Shown here piece by piece: positions 37,001 to 48,200 of a DNA stretch of 64,000 bases. The stretch is from Acidobacteriota bacterium. Lineage in GTDB: Bacteria > Acidobacteriota > UBA6911 > RPQK01 > JAJDTT01. The notes under the pieces are model-generated. The model made no database searches and was not told the origin of the DNA. It saw nothing but the letters and a program-made list of their open reading frames with translations. Every line of letters begins with the position of its first letter. The first letter of the stretch is position 1. The translations under genes and the position numbers were made by a program. The stretch lies in the NCBI GenBank assembly GCA_965217775.1, contig CBDCJH010000002.1, positions 3,616,001 through 3,680,000 of the forward strand, read 5' to 3'.

Positions 37001-39288
37001 AGCAGACGCGCCCCCTCGGTACGCGGCACGCTCCCTAAGTCCGGCGGTTCTCCGTTACAGGTTCGCGTCTGGTACAACCAAGCCGCCGTCACGCTACGGG
37101 CTTCCTCCTCGGTTTGTACGCAGTGGGCAGCGGTGAGAAAGTAGGGCGTGAAGTCCTGCCGGCTGTTGCTCAGCACCGTTCCCGAGCAGGCTTCACTGGT
37201 GCCTTCGCTCGTCTCAATGAATATCCTCGCGACTCCAGTTGCGGAACTCGACCATTCTGAGTGGCAGGTCACATCCAGATGACAGTCCGCGGCGTCCGTC
37301 TCTACTGTCGCCGTGATCGTACCCTCGGCGACGACGCCCGTATCAAAGACTAATATCGAGACGAAGTAGGTTCCGGCTCGAAGCGGCGGCTCGGAGCGCC
37401 GGGTGATACCGATCCATTCGTCGCCCGTGGGTTTTTGGGATCCGTGGTCAAAGAAAGGTCTCCCATCCTGAACGTTGTCCTCGCCATGGCGGACAAGCAG
37501 AGCCACATCGGCATCGGATTCCAGCGTGAAGGTTACAAGCGTGGCGGCCTCGGGAACCTCCAGCCGGAACGATTTATCCCCGACGAATAGTGTCGGGGAA
37601 TCAACCGGACCCAGACGGAAGTCTGCAGGCGCTCCGGGCGTGAGCAGTCCGCCGCTTATCTGCTCCGGATCCTCTTCGTCGGTTTCCACTTCCGCCGTGA
37701 GTGTGCCCTCGGCGACGACGCCGGTGTCATAGACTAGTATCGAGACGAAGTAAGTTCCGGCTAGAAGCGGCGGGTCGGATTCGGGGGTAATGACGATATC
37801 CTCATTACCCGTGTCTCCCCGCGAAGCGTAATCATAGACAACCCTCCCATCCCGCACGCCGTTGTCCTCACCATAGCGGGCATACAAATCCACGTCGACA
37901 TCGGGATCGGCGGATTTCAGCGTGAAGGTTACTTGGGAGGCGTCCTCGGGCACCTCCAGCCGGAACGAGTTATCCCCGTAGAATAGTGTCGGGGAGTCAA
38001 CCGGACCCATACGGAATTTGACGGCCTGCCCGGGTGTGAGTGTTCTGCCGCTGTCCGGCTCCGGATCTTCTTCGTCGAGTTCCACTTCCGCCGTGAGCGT
38101 GCAGTTAACGACGACGCCCGTATCAATAACAACTACCGATACGAAGTAGGTTCCGACTCGAAGCGGCGGGTCGGATTGCCCGGTAACGACAATCTCCTCG
38201 GTTCCCACAACAACCTTGTCAATGCCGTAGTCAAAGATTGGCCTCCCATCCTCAAGATCGTTGTCCTCGCCATAGCGGACAAGCAGAGCCACATCGGCAT
38301 CGGATTCCAGCGTGAACGTGACACGGGAGGCGTCCTCAGGAACCTCCAACCGGAACGAGTTATCCCCGTTGAATAGTGTCGGGGAGTCAACCGGATCTAT
38401 TCGGAATTCGACGGGCTGCCCGGGCGTGAGTCTCCTCGCCGCTTTCGGACGCGGCGATTGCAGGGAGGTGGACCGTTTGACCGACTGTATCGACTTGTCC
38501 AGCCACGACGGCTTCGACCGTGTTCCCACCGCAACCTCGATCGGGCCGGCGAGCAACAGCTTTTCCAATTCCCGTCTGTCGGGGCTTTCCGACGCGGTCT
38601 CCATGTCGGCTCCGAAAGCATCGTCCCAGATATGGCTGATCGCAACGATTTGAAACGGCACGGCTTCTGTTGCAGCCTCCTCATGGGGCAGATACTCGAT
38701 CGTCAGGCTGTCGCCGAAGACGATGCCGCTCCAGAAGTCTCCGTCCCCGTACAGACCCGAGCCGCGGTAGGGCCCCACGATCTGCCCGCTCGCCGAGTGG
38801 AGCCACAGACTACCTGCCCCGATGGCGAAGTCTTGAAAGTGAATGCGCATGGCGCGGGCACTGGGAGAGGTCACCTTCAAGCGCCAGACGCGTCCGGCCG
38901 CGGTCGAGTGCCACGCTTCCCTGGCGGTTGTCATGACGGTTTCCCCGGAGAGGCTCAACGTGACCACCCCTGGTGGCAACTGACGGTGAACGCCGATGAC
39001 GGGAGGCCGGCCCGGTTGCGGCTGCACACGCTGCAAATCGTCGGGCCCCAGTGGCGGTAAAACGGCCGTCGCAGGGGATGGAAGACTCAGTTGAAGGCTG
39101 GGCGGTCTGACCGCTGCTGCCTTCGGCCGCTGTTGTTTTTCCAGAACCAGCGGCCCGATCCGTTGGCCCCATCCTGACTGCGTCAGCAGTGCGAGTGTAA
39201 GGACCAAGAAAATTCCGCGGCGCCATGACACCGGGGAAACCGTGGAACTCACGCAGGTTCCGGATTCGTCAAACTTGCCATTTAACAT
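34003..39288 (-). CDS. Secreted S1 (lysyl endopeptidase-like) protease: 3 PPC-like domains, protease domain, 2 AHFAN repeats, 2 Ig-like repeats
   Basis: Signal peptide (LVLTLALLTQSGWG); triad YFLTAAHC / GDMTLLRL / EGGSSGS. Confidence 0.88.
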   Translation of the reverse strand: MLNGKFDESGTCVSSTVSPVSWRRGIFLVLTLALLTQSGWGQRIGPLVLEKQQRPKAAAVRPPSLQLSLPSPATAVLPPLGPDDLQRVQPQPGRPPVIGVHRQLPPGVVTLSLSGETVMTTAREAWHSTAAGRVWRLKVTSPSARAMRIHFQDFAIGAGSLWLHSASGQIVGPYRGSGLYGDGDFWSGIVFGDSLTIEYLPHEEAATEAVPFQIVAISHIWDDAFGADMETASESPDRRELEKLLLAGPIEVAVGTRSKPSWLDKSIQSVKRSTSLQSPRPKAARRLTPGQPVEFRIDPVDSPTLFNGDNSFRLEVPEDASRVTFTLESDADVALLVRYGEDNDLEDGRPIFDYGIDKVVVGTEEIVVTGQSDPPLRVGTYFVSVVVIDTGVVVNCTLTAEVELDEEDPEPDSGRTLTPGQAVKFRMGPVDSPTLFYGDNSFRLEVPEDASQVTFTLKSADPDVDVDLYARYGEDNGVRDGRVVYDYASRGDTGNEDIVITPESDPPLLAGTYFVSILVYDTGVVAEGTLTAEVETDEEDPEQISGGLLTPGAPADFRLGPVDSPTLFVGDKSFRLEVPEAATLVTFTLESDADVALLVRHGEDNVQDGRPFFDHGSQKPTGDEWIGITRRSEPPLRAGTYFVSILVFDTGVVAEGTITATVETDAADCHLDVTCHSEWSSSATGVARIFIETSEGTSEACSGTVLSNSRQDFTPYFLTAAHCVQTEEEARSVTAAWLYQTRTCNGEPPDLGSVPRTEGARLLATTGYPDSESPGEPGGDMTLLRLEGSLPDGVMFQGWDADPQPVGAQVTGIHHPGSIWGKFKRISFGETIPDPGIGVSDDSYLNVSYPLGRGFTEGGSSGSAIFSGPGTIVGALSGGSGGDNVCPTQPDYSVYTRFSFFYPKIRQFIDEEFALEFAHFANGSSVTSDVVLLNVATKPIGPILYFYDQEGDRIDAESVVEITADLEVLEDGALKVRTEIAPLGELTISTHGRGELVTGSVRVVSDGPIGGVLRFDLQYFGVGVAGVGASEPVNDALFPARRQARGINTAVALRNMETEEMTVSCYLMRGGSVLDEADIQLAADGQTAQYINEIFPGTNTSNFVGSVRCTAPDGGRVVGIALEIDPNNGIFTTLPVVPVAPSGAGNRETTLEFAHFANGSSITSDVVLLNVSTMRVRPTLYFFDQDGNGIAADSVVEIRNSLEVRGDGGLRVRAALPPLGELTISTHGRGDTVVGSVRVISDGPIGGVLRFSLPGAGVAGVGASEPVADALFPARRLAGGINTGVALRNLEAREMTVSCYLMRGGSVLEQVDIQLEASGQTAQFINEIFVGTGTSDFVGSVRCLAPDGRRFAGIALEMDFANGIFTTLPVVPVKGGTRPEAPQVRPTVRLSASPTSIERGQSATLRWSSTNATRASITPGIGTVPTSGSRRVSPTRTTTYRITVRSADGQTASDSATVTVTEPPRPTVRLSASPTSIERGQSATLRWSSTNATSASITPGIGTVPTSGSRRVSPTRTTTYRITVRSADGQTASDSATVTVTEPPPPSLAPADQDAFNEVAVGKRVLTERPNYFIDFISPGRFKETEGSDEYVGSYTYRNTGSNTGTVTLNYDDGDRCTFRLTFATTTSGRVTFSCNDGTSGSSSWRLVDIPPDDDDEDASKVCAAGNTIQTGSECTLEFPKGTPEAGVRFARFTVGDVGNAGNGCLYLGRGSVRCSGVALNINTSFTVISSGNEYSFEFAASRIEDSTSWRISKLSITLQE
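34657..35137 (-). repeat. Two near-identical 240-bp tandem units (80-aa Ig/PKD-like)
   Basis: RPTVRLSASPTSIERGQSATLRWSSTNAT...TVTVTEPP occurs twice; lines 34681 and 34921 begin with the same 30 nt. Confidence 0.92.
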
Positions 39289-39750
39289 GGTTCTGCTTTC
39301 TCCCTACGGATCTGCGCCGTGGAGGATTTGTGAAACGACTCGGGCGGTTGACCTTGGCTTCGATGAACCGTGCCGTAGAAGACTCATCGTTCGCCATGTC
39401 ACAAGAGGGCCCGCAGTTCGAAAAGATCGATTGAAAAACCGGTTCCAATCGTCGATGACATTGTCGAAAGGCCCCCAGTGGTCCGGTAAGCGGCCATGTC
39501 CGGTAGCCAACGGATCGTCCACTCGGCGGGCGGATCACAAACACCAACTATCAGCACTGGTTTCAGGAGCCGAAGCGGCCCAGTCGGTGTCGGTGGCCGT
39601 TGCCTGAGTCGACCACTTGCGTTTATCCATGAACTACTGATCCTCGCGAGCCACTCGACGGCGTAGCCGTGAAGGCGTCATTCCTCGGTCTTAACTATCT
39701 ATGACGTATGAGAAACGAGAACCGGACGGTCTCGCCGCGAAAAATGTGAA

Positions 39751-40018
39751 TTATTCGCCCCTGGAAACCTTCGAAAACACCTCGGCGAATGCGCGTGCGT
39801 TTGCCGGCCGCGCCGAACGGGGGGCCGTCACGATCGAAGCTGCGAACCCGATCACGGCCGCTCCGGTGTCCTACCTTGCACCGGGCCCGGCGACGCTACC
39901 GAGCCGCCGGTGCCGGATCCGGTCCTCCACCTCGTCGATGTCGGGGGCAGCGAACGGATGCCGGCCGGACACCATCCCGTACAGGACGACGCACAGGGAC
40001 CAGACGTCGTCGGCTTCA
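39751..40018 (-). pseudogene. 3' fragment of a duplicated Ser/Thr kinase gene
   Basis: EADDVWSLCVVLYGMVSGRHPF...RPANARAF matches 51870-52140; in-frame TAG at 39871-39873. Confidence 0.88.
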
Positions 40019-40357
40019 TTTTGCGACTGTCATTGTGTTGGAGCAGTTGTTTACGGTATTGGATTCACCGGGCACCGGGTCGACGCACGCCCCGTAGGTG
40101 TACCTCCCCGGACTCGACGGAAGCGTCGTTCTGATCCACTCGAAGCTGGTTTCCGAGTCGTCAAGAATTCCCAGGGAGTCCGTACCGATTTCCGTATCAA
40201 ATGCTGAGATCGTCGCGTCTGTCGAGCGATAGTACCGTAGCAACGAGGACGACGAGTTGCCGGCGCCCTGGCTGCAGACCGTCGCACTCAGGTCAAAAGA
40301 ATTCCCGGCGACCGGACTCGTGTCGCTGACCGTCGGCGATTCCACCACCAAGTCAGG
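40016..40357 (-). pseudogene. Orphan CARDB-like repeat unit
   Basis: PDLVVESPTVSD...YGACVDPVPGESNTVNNCS is homologous to the repeats of the 3033-aa gene and is preceded by an in-frame TAA. Confidence 0.8.
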
Positions 40358-40403
40358 TTAACCGAAAACACTGAGGGTGCACGACAAAAAAGTGACGACC
40401 GGA

Positions 40404-41684
40404 TCAAGCTGCGGCTTTGGAATTGGCTCGCCATTCCCAGAAGTCCTCAAAACGCCCACTGAGCCGAACGCACCGAAGGGCCATGATCGAATTAGCTCCC
40501 CGCACACTCCAATGCATCCCGGAACGTTTGAGTCGTGCCCCGATGGCGTTTTTGCATCCGGCTTCCACCACGCCGGTTGAGGTACAGAGTCCCTGGGCCT
40601 CGAACTGGGCGTAACGCATGCGATGTCGATGCTCTTGGAAATAAGTGCAGGCCGCTTTTCCCTCCTCGTGATGAGAGGCCTCGGCGGCGAGGACCGACAG
40701 GAGGGTCTCGATCCGACCGGAATCGAGTTCCGCGCAACGTTTTTGCGCCCACTCCTGCCCGGACTGGCGGTCGGTATACAGACTCTTCGAGAGCGCATGG
40801 AGTCGCTCTTTGGCGTGGAAACGATCGACTATCTGCACCGCCTCCGGGAAGAGCTCGCCGGAGAGATTCCAGATCCACCTCGCTCCGTCTCCCAGGACGA
40901 CTTGCCGTGGCGCTTGCCCAAAACGGCGTCGTTGGCTTTCGCGCTCGACTCGTTGGGCGAACTCCGAAAGCTGGGGGTCCGTATCCAGGGTGGCGGCGCT
41001 CTCGATCGCTGCGGTGTAAGTGACCGAGTGCGGGTCGCGCTGGGGCCGACCCTGGGCGTCCCGTCGCTCGGCGCTCCAAACCGTACAGAGCTTGGCTTCC
41101 CGGGTTCGGGCCGACCCATCAGGCTGTTTGCCCGCCCGCCCCTGTACCTCGGTCGATCGCATCGGCACCCCGGTGCCGTCCAGGCCCAGATAGAGCGTCG
41201 AGGGCAAAGGGAGCCCCGAGTCGGGCTCCCGGGTCTGGCGTTCATAGCCCGCGACTTGCTCTCCCAGAGCCTGGGCCGACCGCTGCACCTGTTTGGTCCC
41301 CACGTCCACTCCGGCCAACTCCTCCAACAACTGACTGCTTTCCTGAAAGCTGACCATGGAGGCAACTGCCCCCACCATCCGCATCAGGGCGGGAGACAAA
41401 GAACTCCCCTCCAGTCCCAGCGCTCGATCTCGGGGACAGAAGCCATGGCCGCAATCCCCGCAGTGATAGTAGGCGCGCGCCAATCGCATCGGTCCCAGCA
41501 CGGTGACGAACTGTTTGGTCCGCCGACCCGCGTAGCGCGCGCTCCCTCCACAGGAGCAGTTGGCGTCGGAATGATCCTGGTTCAGATGCGTTTCCACCGT
41601 CCGGGCCGCCAGCTCGAGGACTTGACGCCGGAGGGCTGTCTCCAGCGCTTCAAAGTCCAGGGCGGCGGCGGCCGCGGGTCCCAT
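40404..41684 (-). CDS. ISKra4-family DDE transposase
   Basis: LDGTGVP, VLGDGA.WIW, IVD.FHA.E and G.VEAGCK..IG.RLK.SGM.W motifs. Confidence 0.88.
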   Translation of the reverse strand: MGPAAAAALDFEALETALRRQVLELAARTVETHLNQDHSDANCSCGGSARYAGRRTKQFVTVLGPMRLARAYYHCGDCGHGFCPRDRALGLEGSSLSPALMRMVGAVASMVSFQESSQLLEELAGVDVGTKQVQRSAQALGEQVAGYERQTREPDSGLPLPSTLYLGLDGTGVPMRSTEVQGRAGKQPDGSARTREAKLCTVWSAERRDAQGRPQRDPHSVTYTAAIESAATLDTDPQLSEFAQRVERESQRRRFGQAPRQVVLGDGARWIWNLSGELFPEAVQIVDRFHAKERLHALSKSLYTDRQSGQEWAQKRCAELDSGRIETLLSVLAAEASHHEEGKAACTYFQEHRHRMRYAQFEAQGLCTSTGVVEAGCKNAIGARLKRSGMHWSVRGANSIMALRCVRLSGRFEDFWEWRANSKAAA

Positions 41685-42109
41685 CAGGGTCCGGACTTCT
41701 CGCTGGATTTCTTGGGCCAGCGTTTTTTGGAGCCCTTTTTTTGGCCCGTCCGGGCCGGAGAGGGGTCCAGTTTAGCCTGACAAATCTGCTCGCTGACCTC
41801 CACCAACTCCTTCACCAAGCTCCGCAATCGGCGATACTCGTCGATCTGCTCTCGAGTCCGTTGGACGGCTGGCCCCGGGGGAATGATCTTGGTCACGGTC
41901 TTGCCCGCCACGCGACGGGTCAAGGAGAAACTGGGCCCGTGGCCCCGGTCGCCGGGCTGGGCGCAGTGACAGTTCGGCTTGCCGCAACGGCGGTAGCGGG
42001 CCACCAGGGACCCGGGCCGGAGATCGCCGAGTTCGAGCAAGGCCTGCAACAACTGCTGGCGTCGTCGTTGGAGTTGGCGCTGAGGGGAAAGATCTGGGGA
42101 CATGGGCAC
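41684..42109 (-). CDS. IS-associated orfA (DUF6788-like), probably fused to the transposase by -1 frameshift
   Basis: GSL...YRRCGKPNCHC...HGP motif; slippery A-AAA-AAG near its 3' end. Confidence 0.8.
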   Translation of the reverse strand: MPMSPDLSPQRQLQRRRQQLLQALLELGDLRPGSLVARYRRCGKPNCHCAQPGDRGHGPSFSLTRRVAGKTVTKIIPPGPAVQRTREQIDEYRRLRSLVKELVEVSEQICQAKLDPSPARTGQKKGSKKRWPKKSSEKSGP

Positions 42110-42206
42110 GCTCCTCTCTGACAGTCATAGTAACTGTCAGAGAGTCTAAGCCCAATCTCCGACGTTCTCTGGCCTTCACTACCAGCATCACTTTCGTGTC
42201 GTGCAC

Positions 42207-45200
42207 CTAACGACCGACTGACACTATGCTGGAGCAGTTGTTTGCGGTATCGGATTCACCGGGCACCGGGTCGACACACGCCCCGTAGTGGTACGTCCCC
42301 GGACTCGACGGCGTCGTCACTCTGATCCACTCGAAACTCGTTTCCGAGGCGTCGAGAATTCCCACGGAGTCCGTACCGACTGCCGTATCCTCCGCTGAGA
42401 TCGTCAGGTCTGTCGAGCGATAGTACCGTAGCGTCGTAGAGGACGACCTGCCGGTACCCTGGTTGCGGACCGTCGCACTCAGGAAAAAAGGAGAAGCCTG
42501 GACGGCCGGAGGGCGCCAGGAGCCCTCAAAAGGATCCACCACCAAGTCAGGTGCGCCAACTGTGACTTCCACCGCACTGGAGCAGTTGTTTGCGGTGTCG
42601 GATTCATCGGTCACCGTGTCGACACACGCCCCATAGTAGTATGTCCCCACAGTCGACGGGGCCGTCAATCGGATCGACTCGTTGCTGGTTCCCGAGGCGG
42701 CAAGAATTTCCACGAAGTCCGTACCGACTTCCGTATCATACGCTGAGATCGTCGCGTCCAACGAGCGATAGTACCGTAGCGTCGTAATGGACGCCGAGCT
42801 GCCGGTACCCTGGTTGCGGACCGTCGCACTCAGGTCAAAAGAATTCCCGACGACCGGACTGCTGTCGCTGACCCTAGGCGATTCCACCACCAGGTCAGGT
42901 AGACCGTGAACTGTGACTATCACCGCGCCGGAGCAATTGTTTCCGGTCTCGGACTCATCGGGAACCGTGTCGACACACGCCCCGTAGTAGTACCTCCCCG
43001 GACTCGAGGGGGCCGTCAATCGGATCGACTCGTTGCTGGTTTCCGAGGCGTCTAGAATTCCCACAAAGTCCGTACCGACTTCCGTATCGAACGCTGAGAT
43101 CGTCGCGTCTGTCGAGCGATAGTACCGTAGCACCGAGGACGGCGAGCTGGCGGTGCCCTGGTTGCGGACCGTCGCTCTCAGGTCAAGAGAATTCCCGACG
43201 ACCGGATTGTTGTCGCTGACATTCAGCGATGACACCACTAGGTCAGGTGCACCGCGAACTGTGACTTCCACCGCGCTGGAGCAGTTGTTTCCGGTATCGG
43301 ATTCATCGGACACCGTGTCGACGCACGCCCCGTAGTAGTATGTCCCCGGACTCGAGGGGGCCGTCAATCGGATCGACTCGTTGCTGGTTTCCGAGGCGTC
43401 TAGAAATCCCACGAGGTCCGTACCGACTGCCGTATCCCCCGCTGAGATCGTCGCGTCTGTCGAGCGATAGTACCGTAGCGTCGTAAAGGACGACGACCTG
43501 CCGGTGCCCCGGTTGCGGACCGTCGCACTCAGGCGAAAAGAATCCCCGGCCGCCGGACTGCTGTCGCTGACCGTCGGCGATTCCACCAGCAGGTCAGGTC
43601 CAGGAGCAGCGCCAACTGTGACTTCCACCGCACTGGAGCAGTTGTTTGCGGTGTCGGACTCATCGGACACCATGTCGACACACGCCCCGTAGTAGTATGT
43701 CCCCGCACTCGACGGGGCCGTCAATCGGATCGACTCGTTGCTGGTTCCCGAGGCGGCAAGAAATCCCACGGAGTCCGTACCGACTTCCGTATCGATCGCT
43801 GAGATCGTCGCGTTTGTCGAGCGATAGTACCGTAGCGTCGTAGAGGACGACCTGCCGGCGCCCTGGTTGCGGACCGTCGCACTCAACGTGAAGGATTGCC
43901 CGGCGGTCGGACTGCTGTCGCTGACCGTCGGCGATTCCACCACCAGGTCAGGTGCGCTAACTGTGACTTCCACCGCGCTGGAGCAGTTGTTTGCGGTGTC
44001 GGACTCATCGGACACCGTGTCGACACACGCCCCGTAGTAGTATGTCCCCGCACTCGACGGGGCCGTCAATCGGATCGACTCGTTGCTGGTTCCCGAGGCG
44101 GCAAGAATTCCCACGGAGTCCGTACCGACTTCCGTATCAATCGCTGAGATCGTCGCGTCTGTCGAGCGATAGTACCGTAGCGTCGTAAAGGACGACGACC
44201 TGCCGGTGCCCTGGTTGCGGACCGTCGCACTCAGGTCAAAAGAATTCCCGGCGGTCGGACTACTGTCGCTGACCGTCGGCGATTCCACCACCAGATCAGG
44301 TGCAGGAGCAGCGCCAACTATGACTTCCACCGCGCTGGAGCAGTTGTTTGCGGTATCGGATTCATCGGATACCGTGTCGACACACGCCCCGTAGTAGTAT
44401 GTCCCCGCACTCGACGGGGCCGTCAATCGGATCGACTCGTCGCTGGTTCCCGAGGCGGCAAGAATTCCCACGAAGTCCCTCGTTCCGACTTCCGTATCGC
44501 TGGTCCCGATCGTCGCGTCGGCAGAGCGGTAGTAGTGCAGAAATACCGATGAGGTCGCGTCGCCGGCGCCCTGGTTGCGGACCGTCGCACTCAACCTGAA
44601 CGATTGCCCGGCCGCCGGACTACTGTTGCTGACCGTCGGCGATTCCACCACCAGGTCAGGTGCAGGAGCAGCGCCAACCGTGACTGCCACCGCGCTGGAG
44701 CAGTTGTTTGCAGTGTCGGACTCATTGGGCACCGTGTCGACGCACGCCCCGTAGTAGTACCTCCCCGGATTCGACGGCGCCGTCAATCGGATCGACTCCT
44801 CGCTGGTTTCCGAGGCGTCAAGATACCCCACGTAGTCCCTCGTTCCGACTTCCGTATCGCTGGTCCCGATCGTCACGTCGGCAGAGCGGTAGTAGTGCAG
44901 ATATGTCGATGAGGTCGCGTCGCCGGCGCCCTGGTTGCGGACCGTCGCACTCAACGTGAACGTTTGCCCGGCCGCCGGACTCCTCTCGCTGACCGTCGGC
45001 GATTCCACCACCAGGTCAGGTGCAGGAGCAGCGCCAACCGTGACTGCCACCGCGCTGGAGCAGTTGTTTGCGGTGTCGGACTCATCGGGCACCGTGTCGA
45101 CGCACGCCCCGTAGTAGTACCTCCCCGGATTCGACGGCGCCGTCAATCGGATCGACTCCTCGCTGGTTTCCGAGGCGTCAAGATACCCCACGTAGTCCCT

Positions 45201-48200
45201 CGATCCGACTTCCGTATCGCTGGTCCCGATCGTCACGTCGGCAGAGCGGTAGTAGTGCAGATATGTCGATGAGGTCGCGTCGCCGGCGCCCTGGTTGCGG
45301 ACCGTCGCACTCAACGTGAACGTTTGCCCGGCCGCCGGACTCCTCTCGCTGACCGTCGGCGATTCCACCACCAGGTCAGGTGCAGGAGCAGCGCCAACCG
45401 TGACTGCCACCGCGCTGGAGCAGTTGTTTGCGGTGTCGGACTCATCGGGCACCGTGTCGACGCACGCCCCGTAGTAGTACCTCCCCGGATTCGACGGCGC
45501 CGTCAATCGGATCGACTCCTCGCTGGTTTCCGAGGCGTCAAGATACCCCACGTAGTCCCTCGATCCGACTTCCGTATCGCTGGTCCCGATCGTCACGTCG
45601 GCAGAGCGGTAGTAGTGCAGATATGCCGATGAGGTCGCGTCGCCGGCGCCCTGGTTGCGGACCGTCGCACTCAACGTGAACGTTTGCCCGGCCGCCGGAC
45701 TACTCTCGCTGACCGTCGGCGATTCCACCACCAGGTCAGGTGCAGGAGCAGCGCCAACCGTGACTGCCACCGCGCTGGAGCAGTTGTTTGCAGTGTCGGA
45801 CTCATTGGGCACCGTGTCGACGCACGCCCCGTAGTAGTACCTCCCCGGATTCGACGGCGCCGTCAATCGGATCGACTCCTCGCTGGTTTCCGAGGCGTCA
45901 AGATACCCCACGTAGTCCCTCGATCCGACTTCCGTATCGCTGGTCCCGATCGTCACGTCGGCAGAGCGGTAGTAGTGCAGATATGTCGATGAGGTCGCGT
46001 CGCCGGCGCCCTGGTTGCGGACCGTCGCACTCAACGTGAACGTTTGCCCGGCCGCCGGACTCCTCTCGCTGACCGTCGGCGATTCCACCACCAGGTCAGG
46101 TGCAGGAGCAGCGCCAACCGTGACTTCCACCGCGCTGGAGCAGTTGTTTGCGGTGTCGGACTCATCGGGCACCGTGTCGACGCACGCCCCGTAGTAGTAC
46201 CTCCCCGGATTCGACGGCGCCGTCAATCGGATCGACTCCTCGCTGGTTTCCGAGGCGTCAAGATACCCCACGTAGTCCCTCGATCCGACTTCCGTATCGC
46301 TGGTCCCGATCGTCACGTCGGCAGAGCGGTAGTAGTGCAGATATGTCGATGAGGTCGCGTCGCCGGCGCCCTGGTTGCGGACCGTCGCACTCAACGTGAA
46401 CGTTTGCCCGGCCGCCGGACTCCTCTCGCTGACCGTCGGCGATTCCACCACCAGGTCAGGTGCAGGAGCAGCGCCAACCGTGACTTCCACCGCGCTGGAG
46501 CAGTTGTTTGCGGTGTCGGACTCATCGGGCACCGTGTCGACGCACGCCCCGTAGTAGTACCTCCCCGGATTCGACGGCGCCGTCAATCGGATCGACTCCT
46601 CGCTGGTTTCCGAGGCGTCAAGATACCCCACGTAGTCCCTCGATCCGACTTCCGTATCGCTGGTCCCGATCGTCACGTCGGCAGAGCGGTAGTAGTGCAG
46701 ATATGTCGACGAGGTCGCGTCGCCGGCGCCCTGGTTGCGGACCGTCGCACTCAACCTGAACGATTGTCCGGCCGCCGGACTGCTCTCGCTGACCGTCGGC
46801 GATTCCACCACCAGGTCAGGTGCAGGAGCAGCGCCAACCGTGACTTCCACCGCGCTGGAGCAGTTGTTTCCGGTCTCGGACTCATCGGGCACCGTGTCGA
46901 CGCACGCCCCGTAGTAGTATCTCCCCGGACTCGACGGGGCCGTCAGTCTGATCGACTCGTCGCTGGTTTCGGAGGCGCGAAGAAACCCCACGGAGTCCGT
47001 ACCGACTTCCGTATCACCGGCTGAGATCGTCGTGTCAGTCGAGCGGTAGTAGCGCAAGGTTGTGGCGACGGACTCGATTGGTCCGCGATTACGGACAGTG
47101 GCCATGAGGGTGAAGGTTGCCCCACTCTCCACGCTGGCGTCGCTTACCGCAGCAGACTCGACAACCAAGTCCAAGTCGGGCTTGATTTCGTCATCATCGA
47201 TTACCGGCACCACCGGGAGAGTCGTGAAGATACCGTTGTTGAAATCCAGTTCCAAGGCTATCCCGGCGAACCTTCCCTCATCAGACGCGATGCACCTTAC
47301 TGAGCCCACGAAATTCACCGCATTCGCGTGGTCGAAGATCTCATCGATAAAATGGGCGGTTTGCCCGTTGGCCGCCAACTGGATATCTGCTTCATCCAGC
47401 ACGGAGCCCCCCCGCATCAAGTAACAGGACACCGCCATCTCTTCCGCTTCCATGTTGCGGAGAGCCACGCCAGTGTTGATTCCTCTCACTTGGCGGCGAG
47501 CCGGGAAGAGGGCGTCATTGACGGGTTCACTGGCCCCGACTCCGGCCACTGCTACATCTGGTATGTCAAAGCGCAGCACTCCGCCGATGGGCCCATCTGA
47601 CACCACTCTCACGGACCCCGTCACCAACTCACCTCGTCCGTGGGTCGAGATCGTGAACTCTGCCAGCGGCGGCAACTGCGTCCGGACCGTCAACGCTCCA
47701 TCCTCTGCGATCCGCAGATCTCTCGTGATTTCCACCACCGATTCGGGGTCAATCTGATCGCCCTCCCGATCATAAAAGTAGAGGGCGGGACGGGTCCGAT
47801 GGGGAGCTACATTCACCAACACCACATCGGAGGTAGTGGAAGAGCTATTAGCGAAATGGGCAAACTCCAGGGTAGTCTCCCTGTTTCCGCCTCCCTTCTG
47901 GTCCACGGGTACCACCGGCAGCGTCGTGAAGATTCCGTTATTGGAATCCAACTCCAAGGCTATCCCGGTAAAACGTCTCTCATCAGGCGCGATGCACCTC
48001 ACCGAGCCCACGAAATCCGACGTATTCGTGCCGGGGAAGATCTCATTGATGAACCGCGCGGCCTGCCCGTCCGCTGCCAACTGGATATCTGCGTCTTCCA
48101 GCACGGAGCCCCCCCGCATCAAGTAACAGGACACCGTCATCTCTTCCGTTTCCATGTTGCGGAGCGCCACGCCAGTGTTGATGCCTCTCGTTTGGCGGCG

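Larger units (their letters stand above)
40375..42208 (-). mobile_element. ISKra4-like insertion sequence
   Basis: Imperfect IRs GGTGCACGACAAAAAAGTGACG (40376-40397) and CATCACTTTCGTGTCGTGCACC (42186-42207) enclose orfA and the transposase. Confidence 0.8.

Noticed and set aside
39269-39547. Small ORF open upstream of both proteases (also 51289-51543)
   Set aside because: Starts differ and the similarity is explained by the DNA duplication; treated as a conserved non-coding element instead.
44281-46920. CRISPR array
   Set aside because: Units are 360 bp, in-frame and coding, with no unique spacers and no cas genes.
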